DNA of 64,000 nt from contig DATY01000013.1 of the NCBI GenBank assembly GCA_002504905.1, positions 76,688 to 140,687 of the forward strand. Direction: 5' to 3'. Positions 18,269 to 28,524 of this stretch are shown here, piece after piece. Each line of letters starts with the position of its first letter. Positions within the stretch are counted from its first letter, which is position 1. The notes below the pieces were generated by a model. It saw only the letters and a list, made by a program, of their open reading frames with translations, had not been told where the DNA came from and ran no database searches. This DNA comes from Euryarchaeota archaeon UBA605. GTDB lineage: Archaea; Thermoplasmatota; Poseidoniia; Poseidoniales; Thalassarchaeaceae. Both the position numbers and the translations under genes were made by a program.

Positions 18269-20062
18269 TTATTCGAGATAGAAGTATTCTCCAGCAATCT
18301 TTTGTTCTCTATCTTTCCGACTATCTGGTTTATTGATTCGTGGTCTATGAGACTCATGATCTCTCCTGAAAGTTACATTAACATCTTTTAAGAATTTATT
18401 CATACCTTTTCTTAAACCTAGTGGGCCAATAGCATTTCCTACTTTTCCGCCTTCTCCATCAAAAACTAATAATGAATCACTTACTATATCAATAAAATAG
18501 ATGTCATGATCTATCACCATGGCAGCCTTTTCGTTGCTTTCCATGGTTCTTCTGATTGCTTTAGCAGCCTCCATCCTAGCATTTGCATCAAGATGTGCAC
18601 TTGGTTCGTCTAGGAGATATAAATCAGCCTCTTTTCCTAAGCAAATTACAATACTGACTGCTTGTAATTCTCCCCCAGACAACTTCTTAGCTCTCAATTC
18701 TAGTAATTGGTCAACTTGCAACGGTCTGACAACCTGTGTATGAAACTCACCAGTTCTCCATTTATGTCCTAATTCAGTATTCAACCAATCTTCTACAGTT
18801 CCTTCGAAATCAGTATTTACATGTTGAGGTTTGTATGAAACTTTTGCCTCCATTGTACACCAACCTTGATCTGGTTCGATTTCTCCCGCAATCATTTTCA
18901 CCATGGTAGTTTTTCCAGTTGCATTAGGCCCCACAACTCCTACAACTTCTGCACTCCTGACCATTCCTTGACCTGTCTTCAACTGGAAACTTCCCAGAGT
19001 TTTTTCCATATCTCCCCATTTTAGAATTGGTAAACCAACTTCTTCGCCTCTAACCCTACCTCTCAGGAATTGTATAGGTTTATCTCTAATTCTAACATTT
19101 TCTTCTTTTAAGAACCCTTCAAGGTATGCATTAATAGCGCTTCTAGTTGATCTAGCAGGAGTGAATATTCCGAAAGCTGCTCTTTCTCCGTATACAATGT
19201 GTAAAAGATCACATAAAACGTCTAGAATTGCTAAATCATGCTCCACTACAATTACTCTTTTACCCATCTCTGCTAAATTTTGTATTATCTTCACAATTCT
19301 CATTCTTTCATGTATATCAAGGTAAGATGAAGGCTCATCAAAGAAATATACTTCAGCCTCTTTTAGCATAGTCGCACATATGGCGACTCTTTGCAACTCC
19401 CCACCAGATAATTGCCCTATATTCCTGTCTAAGATATGTGTTATTGCTAATAATTCTGCATATTTCTCCAACTCATCTCTTTCATCAACTTTCTCAAGAA
19501 GTTCTCTAGCATTCCCATCAAAAATCTTAGGTAATTTATCAATATATTGTGGCTTAACAGCAATCCTAACTCCATCATCAGCGACCAATTTTAGATAGTC
19601 TCTCAATTCACCTCTAGGGAATGATTCAATGATATCATCCCATTCTGCAGAGTTAATAGTCCAGTCTCCTAAATTTGGTTGAATAGATCCAGATAACAGA
19701 TTTATTGCAGTAGATTTCCCCATCCCATTAGGGCCCAGTATTCCAACAACCTGCTCTTCTCTAGGCGCTGGTAGTCTAAATAATCTAAATCCATTTTGAT
19801 CATATCTATGGGTCATTTCTCCATCTAGTTCTTCCGGTAAATTTGTAATTATTAATGAATCAAAGGGACATTTATTCACACATATCCCACATCCTATGCA
19901 AAGAGGTTCAGAGATTATCGGTTTACCACTTGAATCATCAAGTATGATACATTCTATTCCATTCCTTACTGGTGGGCAATAAACCCAACATTCAGCGTTG
20001 CATTTTTCCGGGCTACACCTATCTTCAAGAAGTACAGCCACTCTCATATCATTATCTCCCAA
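18269..20062 (-). CDS. rli: Ribosome recycling ATPase ABCE1 (RLI)
   Basis: N-terminal Fe-S motifs CSPEKC...CP and CIGCGICVNKCPF, two ABC NBDs (GPNGMGKS, GPNATGKT, LSGGELQ). Confidence 0.96.
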   Translation of the reverse strand: MGDNDMRVAVLLEDRCSPEKCNAECWVYCPPVRNGIECIILDDSSGKPIISEPLCIGCGICVNKCPFDSLIITNLPEELDGEMTHRYDQNGFRLFRLPAPREEQVVGILGPNGMGKSTAINLLSGSIQPNLGDWTINSAEWDDIIESFPRGELRDYLKLVADDGVRIAVKPQYIDKLPKIFDGNARELLEKVDERDELEKYAELLAITHILDRNIGQLSGGELQRVAICATMLKEAEVYFFDEPSSYLDIHERMRIVKIIQNLAEMGKRVIVVEHDLAILDVLCDLLHIVYGERAAFGIFTPARSTRSAINAYLEGFLKEENVRIRDKPIQFLRGRVRGEEVGLPILKWGDMEKTLGSFQLKTGQGMVRSAEVVGVVGPNATGKTTMVKMIAGEIEPDQGWCTMEAKVSYKPQHVNTDFEGTVEDWLNTELGHKWRTGEFHTQVVRPLQVDQLLELRAKKLSGGELQAVSIVICLGKEADLYLLDEPSAHLDANARMEAAKAIRRTMESNEKAAMVIDHDIYFIDIVSDSLLVFDGEGGKVGNAIGPLGLRKGMNKFLKDVNVTFRRDHESHRPRINKPDSRKDREQKIAGEYFYLE

Positions 20063-20115
20063 GTATTTTACTCAATATATCTTCTATCATTCAGCCTAAA
20101 TTAGGCCTATTTTGT

Positions 20116-21366
20116 TCATAATGCAAAGAAACGAAATCTAACATAAATATATGCTGCTAGACCTATTTTTTCGGTTTTTGATAATTGTGTCCTTTCAGAA
20201 AAAACGTCCCCATGGTTTTTCTCTATTTTTTTCATTATCGAATGATAGAATGTAGTCATAGCCGCAGGGGAGTATCTACTAGATTTATCTAGAAGTGGAA
20301 ATAATTTCATCCCCCTCTCTCTATATTTATCTGCTCTCTTTATGTATTCTTTCACAAAAGGTTTCCATCCTGGATGTTTCAAGATATCTTTCCCATTTTT
20401 CAAATCTTCTTCTGAAATTCCATATCTGTTAAGATCCTCTATTGGAAGGTAAATCCTATCTCTCTCAATATCTTCAGCAACATCTCTTAGAATATTTGTT
20501 AATTGCATGTAGATGCCCCATGATTCCGCATATTCTTTCGCCCTTTTATCATCATAACCGTAAATCTCTATGCATACTAGACCAACGGTTGAGGCTACCT
20601 TGTAACAGTATGAATATAGGTCTTCAAAAGTTTCATATCTATTTCGATGAAAATCTTCTTCCATTCCACTTATCATATCATCCAATAATTGTCTAGAAAT
20701 TCCATATTTATTCACAGTATCTTTTAATGCGATAAAAATTGGATCAGTTGATGTCATTCTGCCATACGCAGTTGATAATTTCTTCCTGTAGTAGAATAAC
20801 TGTGACATTTTGTCATTGTAAGAAGATCTATCTAAGACTGGTACTCCCTCAATCAGTCTCTCAATTTTACTCCTGTATTCGATTGATTCCTGGTTTTCTT
20901 CGGAACCTCCCGGAAAATAATCTACATAATCGCCATCGGCAATATCATCAGCTCTCCTACAAAATGCATAGTAAGCCATTATAGATCTTCTTTCTTCTTC
21001 TGGTAGATATTTGAAAGAATGATAGAAATTTCCAGCTTCTCTACGAGTTAACTCTTCACAGTAATCGTATGCAGATTCTACAACATCTGATGGTAACTTA
21101 TTTTCTGACCACAAAGCGGCGTCAATATGTGAAAAAGGATTTACTAATTCTCCTCTAGAGCCAATCACTCCCATGAAGAAAGCACCTTCTCTCAGTGTTT
21201 CTAAAGCGGTAATACTGATTGCATGAACGGCTTCTTTAGTTACATTAACTGCTTTACGTACTCTTTCAATTGGAACAGAATTATTTTCATCGGATACTAA
21301 AGAAATAGATTTCCCAAGGTCATACATGACCTCTGGTTCGGAATCACTAATCTGTCCTCCCGGCAT
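20116..21366 (-). CDS. Phytoene/presqualene-diphosphate synthase (CrtB/HpnD-like)
   Basis: YCEELTRREAGNFYHSF, YAFCRRADDIAD, YCYKVASTVG and QLTNILRDVAED...RIYLP motifs. Confidence 0.88.
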   Translation of the reverse strand: MPGGQISDSEPEVMYDLGKSISLVSDENNSVPIERVRKAVNVTKEAVHAISITALETLREGAFFMGVIGSRGELVNPFSHIDAALWSENKLPSDVVESAYDYCEELTRREAGNFYHSFKYLPEEERRSIMAYYAFCRRADDIADGDYVDYFPGGSEENQESIEYRSKIERLIEGVPVLDRSSYNDKMSQLFYYRKKLSTAYGRMTSTDPIFIALKDTVNKYGISRQLLDDMISGMEEDFHRNRYETFEDLYSYCYKVASTVGLVCIEIYGYDDKRAKEYAESWGIYMQLTNILRDVAEDIERDRIYLPIEDLNRYGISEEDLKNGKDILKHPGWKPFVKEYIKRADKYRERGMKLFPLLDKSSRYSPAAMTTFYHSIMKKIEKNHGDVFSERTQLSKTEKIGLAAYIYVRFRFFAL

Positions 21367-21432
21367 ACTACTTTCATACCAAGCCCAATAGATTCATTAT
21401 TGAACTTCACGCAGGATTGTACAGCCCGTGAA

Positions 21433-22503
21433 TCATGATAAATTCATTTTTTTAGGGCTAATCCCAGTAATCGATAGCCAAATTGATTTCCTCATAATTT
21501 TTTTAATTTCTGATCTTGATACCTTAATTCGGTTTCCATAATCTAGTATATTTCCTTCCCTTAATAATTGTAATGTTCTTTGCCCAATTAGAACAGGTAT
21601 TAAGCACGAGAGACGTAGTCTAAACTGATTTCTTGGTAGCATTTTGATATAATCTACGGCCTCATCAAGATATTTCTCGGCTCTATCAATATAAGAATTA
21701 TACAAAGGTCTGAATTTTTCAATATTTTTCATTTCTAGAAGGTCTTGAGTAGTCATATCAATTCCATCAAGAGTCCTACTTGGAATGTAGCATCTCCCCA
21801 TTTTCAAATCTTCAGGTATATCTCTCAAAATATTGATTAATTGCAAGGACTTACCGAATTTTACTGCTTTTTCAAATAAAATCTCTTTTTTATGATCTCT
21901 CATTGTGAATAGGTGATTTAATGACATATGAGTCCAAAATTCACCAACACTCCCCGCAACCCTGTATGTGTAATCATCCAGTTCATTTTCATTCACTAAT
22001 GATATTATTTTTCCCTCTGATGCATTTGTGAATCTTTCTAAATCCAGTATTTGGCCACTAATAATGATTTGAAGTAATTTTCTTATTTCTTTTCTATCTG
22101 AATCATTTAATTTTTCTGATTTTTCTAAATAACTTATTGGTACAATCGCCTCTTTGAGCAATCTTGCTTCCGCAAAATCTTCCTGAATTTCTGCTAATTC
22201 AGAAAAATCTGGCATTGGATTTTTTTCATCTTGAATTCTTTGATTATATTCTTCGAGTAATTTTAGTAAAATCTTATTTTCGCCTACCTTAGAATCTGCA
22301 ATTGTATCTGACAAACGTGGAAGTAGATACCCTAAACTTATCTGTTTACGAATTTTTTTAGGTAAAACTTTCAAAGTCAAATAAAATGATCTTGAAGTTC
22401 CTTCCAATAGACTATCCATTATTTCTTCAGACTCGCCAACAGTTGACTCGCCCTTTGCCATGGAATCCTGAATACGTCTTATATCTAAGACTCTCGCATT
22501 CAA
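21433..22503 (-). CDS. Squalene-synthase-class (SQS/FdfT-like) isoprenoid synthase
   Basis: TSRSFYLTL (FLAP motif), RLSDTIAD, YTYRVAGSVGEFWT and LQLINILRDIPED..GRCYIP motifs. Confidence 0.85.
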   Translation of the reverse strand: MNARVLDIRRIQDSMAKGESTVGESEEIMDSLLEGTSRSFYLTLKVLPKKIRKQISLGYLLPRLSDTIADSKVGENKILLKLLEEYNQRIQDEKNPMPDFSELAEIQEDFAEARLLKEAIVPISYLEKSEKLNDSDRKEIRKLLQIIISGQILDLERFTNASEGKIISLVNENELDDYTYRVAGSVGEFWTHMSLNHLFTMRDHKKEILFEKAVKFGKSLQLINILRDIPEDLKMGRCYIPSRTLDGIDMTTQDLLEMKNIEKFRPLYNSYIDRAEKYLDEAVDYIKMLPRNQFRLRLSCLIPVLIGQRTLQLLREGNILDYGNRIKVSRSEIKKIMRKSIWLSITGISPKKMNLS

Positions 22504-22505
22504 GT

Positions 22506-23426
22506 TTATCTTAAACCACTATCTTTCAAAGCTTTGACGAGAACATTTCCAATTTCCGAGGGGTCTCTAGCAACATAAATTCCTGCTTCTTCAAATGCCT
22601 TGAATTTCTCTGCTGCAGTACCTTTTCCTCCTGAAATTATTGCACCTGCATGACCCATTCTTTTTCCAGGTGGGGCAGTCGAACCTGCAACGAAACCAAC
22701 TATGGGTTTTGTCATATTCTTTGATGCCCATTCCGCGGCTTCTTCTTCTGCCGAACCTCCGATTTCCCCAATCATTACTACTGCTACTGTTTGAGGATCT
22801 TTTTCAAAAGCGTCTAAACAATCGATAAAACCAGTTCCGTTAATCGGATCTCCGCCGATTCCTACACAAGTTGATTGCCCTTCCCCTACGCTCATAGTTT
22901 GTGCAACCGCTTCGTAGGTCAGAGTGCCTGATTTCGATACAATCCCTATTCTTCCCTTAGCATGAATAAATCCTGGCATTATCCCGGCTTTAGTACCACC
23001 ATTATCTCCAGGAGTGATTATACCAGGGCAATTTGGTCCAATTAACCTAACTCTCGAATATTGATTAACTCTAGCAACCGCTTTAACCATATCCAAAATA
23101 GGTATTCCTTCAGTAATACAAACGATCAACCCTTCACCTTTTTCTTGAAATGCATCTGCGGCTTCAATAATTGCTGCAGCAGCGAATCTAGCTGGGACAT
23201 AAATCAAGCTCACATCTGCCTCGGTAACTTCTAGTGCTTCTGAAACAGTATTGAAAACCGGGACTTTCTTATTTGGTAATTCTACAAACTGACCTCCTTT
23301 TCCTGGAGTGACTCCACCAACAACATTTGTATTATATTCATCCATTTTTGTCCCATGGAAAGTACCCTGTTTGCCAGTGATTCCTTGAATTAGGACTTTA
23401 CTATCTTCATGAATCCAGATTGACAT
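22506..23426 (-). CDS. sucD: Succinyl-CoA ligase alpha subunit
   Basis: [28 protein letters not shown] and RMGHAGA motifs. Confidence 0.96.
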   Translation of the reverse strand: MSIWIHEDSKVLIQGITGKQGTFHGTKMDEYNTNVVGGVTPGKGGQFVELPNKKVPVFNTVSEALEVTEADVSLIYVPARFAAAAIIEAADAFQEKGEGLIVCITEGIPILDMVKAVARVNQYSRVRLIGPNCPGIITPGDNGGTKAGIMPGFIHAKGRIGIVSKSGTLTYEAVAQTMSVGEGQSTCVGIGGDPINGTGFIDCLDAFEKDPQTVAVVMIGEIGGSAEEEAAEWASKNMTKPIVGFVAGSTAPPGKRMGHAGAIISGGKGTAAEKFKAFEEAGIYVARDPSEIGNVLVKALKDSGLR

Positions 23427-24634
23427 TATTCCACACTCCTAGTAAGATATACAATTTTTTCCGCACCTTCTGCAAGAGTACTTGCCGTATGTACATCTAA
23501 ATCACAATTATCTAATACTTCTTTCCCTTCAACATGATTAGTTCCAGAAAATCTTACCACTAAAGGTACTTTCAATCCAAGATCATTTGATGCTTCTATC
23601 ACACTTCTAGCAACCATATCACATTGAATAATACCTCCAAAAATATTTACCAATATTCCTTCGACATTATCGTCTTCAAGTATAATTCCGAATGCAGTAG
23701 TTATTGATTCTCTAGTAGCTCCTCCACCAATATCGAGGAAATTTGCAGGCTCTCCACCATATAATTTTATCACATCCATTGATGCCATTGCAAGTCCAGC
23801 ACCGTTGACTAGACAACCAATGTTTCCGTCTAATTTGACGTATGACAAACCGTGGTCATGAGCCCTAGTCTCTACTTCCTCTTCCTCTGAATGATCTCTC
23901 ATTTCTTCCATCCAAGGATGTCTAAATGATGCATTATCATCAAAACTAACCTTTGCATCTAAAGCAATCATTTCTCCTGAATCGGACCTCACTAACGGAT
24001 TAATCTCAATCATAGAACAGTCCTTTTCAACGAATAATCTAGATAACGACTTTAGCATTGAAACTAATTCTTGTTTTGATTTCCCTTCTAAATCGAGCTT
24101 TTCTGCCATTTCGACAGCATCTTTTTCATTCAATCCATCTATTGGATGAGTCCAAATTTTATGAATTGCTTCTGGCGTGTTTTCTGCGACTTCTTCAATA
24201 TCCATACCTCCCTCAGTAGACGCCATGATTAGAATTGATTTTTCCTCTCTATCAACAAGTAGTGCCAAGTAATATTCATGAGCGATTGAGCAACCAGCTT
24301 CTACATACAAATTATTTACTATTTTTCCATCAGATCCTGTTTGTTTTGTCACAAGTCTTCTTCCAATAATATTTTCTGCATATTTTTCTACCTCTTCTCT
24401 AGAAAAAGCAATTTTTACTCCTCCTTCCATTACCAAATCGTCAGTTTCTTGGTCATAAAGAGTCCCTTTACCTCTACCTCCTGCATGAATTTGTGATTTT
24501 ACTGCTACTACCTTAGTTCCCAATTTGTCGTATGCATCAAGAGCATCGCTCACCGTTTTGCAATGTATTCCATCCTGAACTTTAACTCCCGCTTGCTTAA
24601 ACAGAATTTTACCTTGATATTCGTGAATATTCAT
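23426..24634 (-). CDS. sucC: Succinyl-CoA ligase beta subunit
   Basis: [40 protein letters not shown] and NIFGGI motifs. Confidence 0.96.
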   Translation of the reverse strand: MNIHEYQGKILFKQAGVKVQDGIHCKTVSDALDAYDKLGTKVVAVKSQIHAGGRGKGTLYDQETDDLVMEGGVKIAFSREEVEKYAENIIGRRLVTKQTGSDGKIVNNLYVEAGCSIAHEYYLALLVDREEKSILIMASTEGGMDIEEVAENTPEAIHKIWTHPIDGLNEKDAVEMAEKLDLEGKSKQELVSMLKSLSRLFVEKDCSMIEINPLVRSDSGEMIALDAKVSFDDNASFRHPWMEEMRDHSEEEEVETRAHDHGLSYVKLDGNIGCLVNGAGLAMASMDVIKLYGGEPANFLDIGGGATRESITTAFGIILEDDNVEGILVNIFGGIIQCDMVARSVIEASNDLGLKVPLVVRFSGTNHVEGKEVLDNCDLDVHTASTLAEGAEKIVYLTRSVE

Positions 24635-24738
24635 ATCTCTCAACCTTCCGAGTGGAAGTCGCTCTTTGAACGATGCGCCTATCGATGTTCAAATCTTGGG
24701 CACGAAGTGCTGAAATCCATTGCCATATCCGGTGAAGT

Positions 24739-25701
24739 GTGGATGTAGTTGTTCTTGCTGGTGGATTCGGCACAAGACTGAGGCCTTGGACAGAAGGTAG
24801 AGCCAAGCCTTTGCTACCAGTTTTGGACAAAACTCTTCTAGAGAGAGTTGTTGAATGTGTTCCTTTTGATACGGTGGATAGAGTAATTATTGCTGCTGGT
24901 TACAGTGTCGAAGAAATGCAGGTTTTCTTTTCATCATCTAATCTTCCTTTTGAAGTAATAATCTCTGTCGAAGACGAGCCTTTAGGAACTGGTGGAGCCA
25001 TTTCTAAATCATTTGAGCATCTAACAGGAGATGGCCCTGTTCTAATTTTGAACGGAGATTTAGTTTCAAGTGTAGATGTTAATAATTTGTTGAATCATCA
25101 TATGAAAATGAATGCTTTAGCAACATTATCTCTATGGCACGTTGAAGATCCAAGTAGATTTGGAGTATGTGGTTTAGATAGCTCGGGAATGATAACTAAA
25201 TTCCAAGAAAAACCAGAACCAGGTACCGAATTTTCTAATCTCATTAATGCAGGATGTTATTTGATTGAGAGAGAAGTAATCGAATCTCTTTCTTCTGAAA
25301 AACACAGTATAGAAAGAGATGTATTTCCTGAAATTGCAAAATCAGGAAAAATGGCGGGATTAGAATTTAAGGGCTATTTTGTTGATGCTGGAACGCCATC
25401 TTCATTTATCGAAGCAACACAAGTATGTATCTCGAATAATAGATTCAATAAAGGGGAGTCAAATGAAGGAAACTGGTTCTTTGACAGCAATTTCATTACA
25501 TCTTCTCAGATTTCGGGATCGTCAATCTCCAGTGGTGTATCGATAGGCAATGATTGTGAAATTATTGATTGTGTGATTTTATCAGGAGCTACTATCGGAG
25601 ACGGATGCAAACTAACTAGGTGTTTGATAGGGGAATCGTCTAAGATTAATAATAATTCAGATATTTCCGACAAAGTCGTAGGACATGGAGAAATAGTCTA
25701 A
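24739..25701 (+). CDS. NDP-sugar pyrophosphorylase (mannose-1-P guanylyltransferase-like)
   Basis: LAGGFGTRLRP...AKPL, PLGTGGAI, FQEKP, INAGCY and DAGTP motifs; C-terminal hexapeptide repeats. Confidence 0.9.
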   Translation: MDVVVLAGGFGTRLRPWTEGRAKPLLPVLDKTLLERVVECVPFDTVDRVIIAAGYSVEEMQVFFSSSNLPFEVIISVEDEPLGTGGAISKSFEHLTGDGPVLILNGDLVSSVDVNNLLNHHMKMNALATLSLWHVEDPSRFGVCGLDSSGMITKFQEKPEPGTEFSNLINAGCYLIEREVIESLSSEKHSIERDVFPEIAKSGKMAGLEFKGYFVDAGTPSSFIEATQVCISNNRFNKGESNEGNWFFDSNFITSSQISGSSISSGVSIGNDCEIIDCVILSGATIGDGCKLTRCLIGESSKINNNSDISDKVVGHGEIV

Positions 25702-25728
25702 TTCATCCGTCACCATCATATCGGTATA

Positions 25729-26406
25729 ATGCCTCCCAGTTCCATGAAGGACGCGCTAATTGTCGTTAATTTCAAAACTTATCAAGAGGCGCATGGTGTC
25801 GCTGCTGAAGAATTAGCAATGATCATGCAAGATATAGAAACTGATGCTAGAATGGTTGCAGTAGTATCTGCTTTCGATCTATCCTCTGTGGCATCAGTTG
25901 CTCCTAATTTAGAAGTCTGGACTCAGCATTTAGACCCAATCAATTTCGGCTCAAATACTGGTTGGTTACATCCTCAAACTGCAATCCACAGAGGAGCAAA
26001 AGGAACTTTAATCAATCATGCTGAACATAAAGTTTCTATCGAACATATTGCGATGATTTTAGATAGCGTTCCGGAAAATTTCACTGTCTGTGCATGCGCA
26101 GCAGATATTGATGAAGCTAGAGCATTATCTGCATTAGAGCCGAATTATGTTGCAGTTGAACCTCCTGAATTAATCGGTGGCGATATTTCTGTTACAACTG
26201 CAGATCCAGAAATTGTAAGTGGAACGGCCAATGCTATACGTGAAATCAGTAAAAATGTAGGAATTCTATGCGGCGCAGGTGTCAAAAATGGAGATGATGT
26301 TTTGGCAGCAATTAATTTAGGAACCTCAGGAGTTCTTTTGGCCAGCGGAATAACTAAAGTTAGTGATCCACGAATGGCTCTAAATGATTTAATTTCTAAA
26401 ATCTAA
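25729..26406 (+). CDS. tpiA: Triosephosphate isomerase, archaeal type
   Basis: NFKTY, NHAEH, AVEPPELIG and GVLLASG motifs. Confidence 0.94.
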   Translation: MPPSSMKDALIVVNFKTYQEAHGVAAEELAMIMQDIETDARMVAVVSAFDLSSVASVAPNLEVWTQHLDPINFGSNTGWLHPQTAIHRGAKGTLINHAEHKVSIEHIAMILDSVPENFTVCACAADIDEARALSALEPNYVAVEPPELIGGDISVTTADPEIVSGTANAIREISKNVGILCGAGVKNGDDVLAAINLGTSGVLLASGITKVSDPRMALNDLISKI

Positions 26407-26457
26407 TTTTTTGCTAAATTATACAAACAATATCAGAGTGCTGAAAAATCAGTAGAA

Positions 26458-26565
26458 TCACTGTTTTGCTCTCTTTCTAGATGCTTTCCGGCGACGAAGC
26501 TTCTTCTTTCGCCATTTCCAGCGTTGGTTTCCTTGCTTCTTCCAGGCACGTGAACCTCGCTTCAT
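26458..26565 (-). CDS. rpl41e: Ribosomal protein eL41 (L41e), 35 aa, below the ORF-track cutoff
   Basis: Translates to MKRGSRAWKKQGNQRWKWRKKKLRRRKASRKRAKQ*, matching the archaeal L41e RWKWRKK.LRR pattern. Confidence 0.88.
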   Translation of the reverse strand: MKRGSRAWKKQGNQRWKWRKKKLRRRKASRKRAKQ

Positions 26566-26645
26566 GCAGCCCGCCGACCTACTGCCCCTATATGAGAGAT
26601 TTGTATTGTAAGAGATAACTCTGTAACTGAAAAATTATTCTTTAG

Positions 26646-26722
26646 TGGTGGGCGATACAGGATTCGAACCCATGTCATCGGCTTAGAAGGCCGATATGAT
26701 ATCCAGACTACACCAATCGCCC
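26646..26722 (-). tRNA. tRNA-Arg (TCT), CCA encoded
   Basis: Acceptor GGGCGAT/ATCGCCC, anticodon arm TCGGC-CTTCTAA-GCCGA, T-loop TTCGAAT, 3' ACCA. Confidence 0.95.
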
Positions 26723-26763
26723 TTGGACTGACGCGGCAGTATCTCTTTGATGAACCCTACACC

Positions 26764-27540
26764 TCAAACATTTTCCTGAAGTAGGTTATCTACAGCGTCT
26801 TCTAATACCTCTTGCATTTGATTAACATCATCTCCTGCACTATAATTTATCTCACCATCGTCTAATATATCGCTTCGAATATCTTTTACACTTCTACCAA
26901 TTTTTTTTGCTATTTCTTTCTTCTGACGAAGATTTTTTCTTCTCAATGTAAAAATATTTATCATTGCAGATAGGCTTCTAAGAATACTCTCCAATACTGC
27001 GATTAAGAATAGACTACTGATGAAAGATGTAGCAATCTCATTCAAACCACTGAATAATTCTTTTATCTCAGAAATTTGAACCTGCGCATCACCCACTAAG
27101 AACACACCAAGTACGCCGAAAGGTAACATTTTCGCCACATCTCTGGATAGATCTTCGGTCCAATAAGAAAGAATCCTTACAGCACCAACTACCGAAGTTG
27201 CGATTAGTGCATTCCTTGAATGATCAGCATCTGGAGATAATAATGTCAAAATGATTGCTAGAACTAAGGTCCAGAATGTAATCAATACAGGTACTACTAC
27301 AATATACTGTAAAACGAAAAGTATTGTTCTAGCATATTTTCTAACTCGTCCTGAAAGATTGTCAGAATAGTGGTTTAAATTTAATGTAATCAAATCTCTT
27401 TTAGCCAACGCTCTGTAAAAAATAAATACAAAAACCGAATAAACTGAAATTGCAACTATTGCACCTAAAGTAGGGTATGATTCTTCTATTATTATTTGGA
27501 ATAATTCCTCAACTTCCGACATATTACTTGGTAATTCCAC
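26764..27540 (-). CDS. Hypothetical membrane protein
   Basis: 258 aa, about 5 TM helices, charged C-terminal tail. Confidence 0.65.
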   Translation of the reverse strand: MELPSNMSEVEELFQIIIEESYPTLGAIVAISVYSVFVFIFYRALAKRDLITLNLNHYSDNLSGRVRKYARTILFVLQYIVVVPVLITFWTLVLAIILTLLSPDADHSRNALIATSVVGAVRILSYWTEDLSRDVAKMLPFGVLGVFLVGDAQVQISEIKELFSGLNEIATSFISSLFLIAVLESILRSLSAMINIFTLRRKNLRQKKEIAKKIGRSVKDIRSDILDDGEINYSAGDDVNQMQEVLEDAVDNLLQENV

Positions 27541-27578
27541 ATGCTACGGTATAAGTTTGTCATATTATGATTATGTGC

Positions 27579-28133
27579 TCATGACTTGAATGGTTTAGCA
27601 CATTTGGGGCATCTAGTCGGCATGGACACTCTTTTTCTTTCCCAAGTATAGCCACAATCGCCACATATCCACTGCCTCTCTGGTAATTTTTCAAGAACTC
27701 TTTCCCTCATTTCTTGCAATACCAATGAATCAGATAACTTTGGAGGAGGTGCTATCTCTGCAACTAGGTTAGCATGTATTTCTCCGTGATCTAATAATCC
27801 AGAAGCATGCAAAAGTTCGTGAGCTAATGTATGTCTGTATAGTTCAGAATCTCTTATCAACATCGGATTGAGACCCACAGTCACCGGCCCACAAGATAAC
27901 CTCAATTTCCTCCTTCGAAATAATTCATTAGAGTTATACTCAAAACGCGTCATCCCTAATCTTGAATCATTTTCATCAATCCAAATCATTGTCAGTTTCT
28001 TTTCTAAAAATTTGAGAAACGGGGCCTCTTTTTTATCTAATTTCTTCTTCAAAACTTTAATTAATTCTTTTGGGAAATCTGGTTGTTCAGGTAAATGGTT
28101 GTGTCCCATACTGTCTCCCGCTGCATCGCTCAT
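27579..28133 (-). CDS. SprT-like zinc metallopeptidase with C-terminal Zn ribbon
   Basis: TLAHELLHASGLLDHG (HExxH plus third His) and C-terminal CGDC...CPKC. Confidence 0.65.
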   Translation of the reverse strand: MSDAAGDSMGHNHLPEQPDFPKELIKVLKKKLDKKEAPFLKFLEKKLTMIWIDENDSRLGMTRFEYNSNELFRRRKLRLSCGPVTVGLNPMLIRDSELYRHTLAHELLHASGLLDHGEIHANLVAEIAPPPKLSDSLVLQEMRERVLEKLPERQWICGDCGYTWERKRVSMPTRCPKCAKPFKS

Positions 28134-28154
28134 ACCCTTGCCTATTCCATTTCC

Positions 28155-28161
28155 CTTAAAT
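28155..28161 (+). promoter_or_regulatory. Candidate TATA box for tRNA-Ala
   Basis: CTTAAAT about 26-32 nt upstream of the tRNA 5' end. Confidence 0.45.
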
Positions 28162-28186
28162 GGCCGTCGTATCTCCGATGTTTAAT

Positions 28187-28263
28187 GGGCGTGTGGCGCA
28201 GCTTGGAAGCGCGCTTCTTTGGCTAAGAAGAGGCCCCGAGTTCAAATCTCGGCTCGTCCACCA
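28187..28263 (+). tRNA. tRNA-Ala (GGC), CCA encoded
   Basis: G3-U70 pair and A73, D-arm GCGC/GCGC, anticodon arm CTTCT-TTGGCTA-AGAAG, T-arm CCGAG-TTCAAAT-CTCGG. Confidence 0.9.
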
Positions 28264-28524
28264 TTCGCAGAAATTTTTAATTCTTTTTTATGAAAACATT
28301 TTTGCCCCACATATCATTTTAGACAATTTCCTTTTTTTTCGAATACTCATTTGTTCTTTTTAGTTATAAATAAGTATAATATTCATAAAACAAATTTCCA
28401 AAAATATTAGATTATTATGTTCAAATGTATAATTTCTTATCTATATTTTATGAATTAAGGCACTTCAAGGAGTAATATCTCTTCAAACGAACAAATAATA
28501 AACCTAATCATCAGACGATGAGCT

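Noticed and set aside
17729-18391. 220-aa plus-strand ORF
   Set aside because: Antisense shadow of grpE and rli, with no motifs and Ser/Ile/Phe-rich composition typical of reverse-frame artefacts.
28264-28524. Very AT-rich spacer after tRNA-Ala as a possible integration site or replication origin
   Set aside because: No integrase, no duplicated tRNA 3' end, no ORB-like repeats and no cdc6 gene seen.
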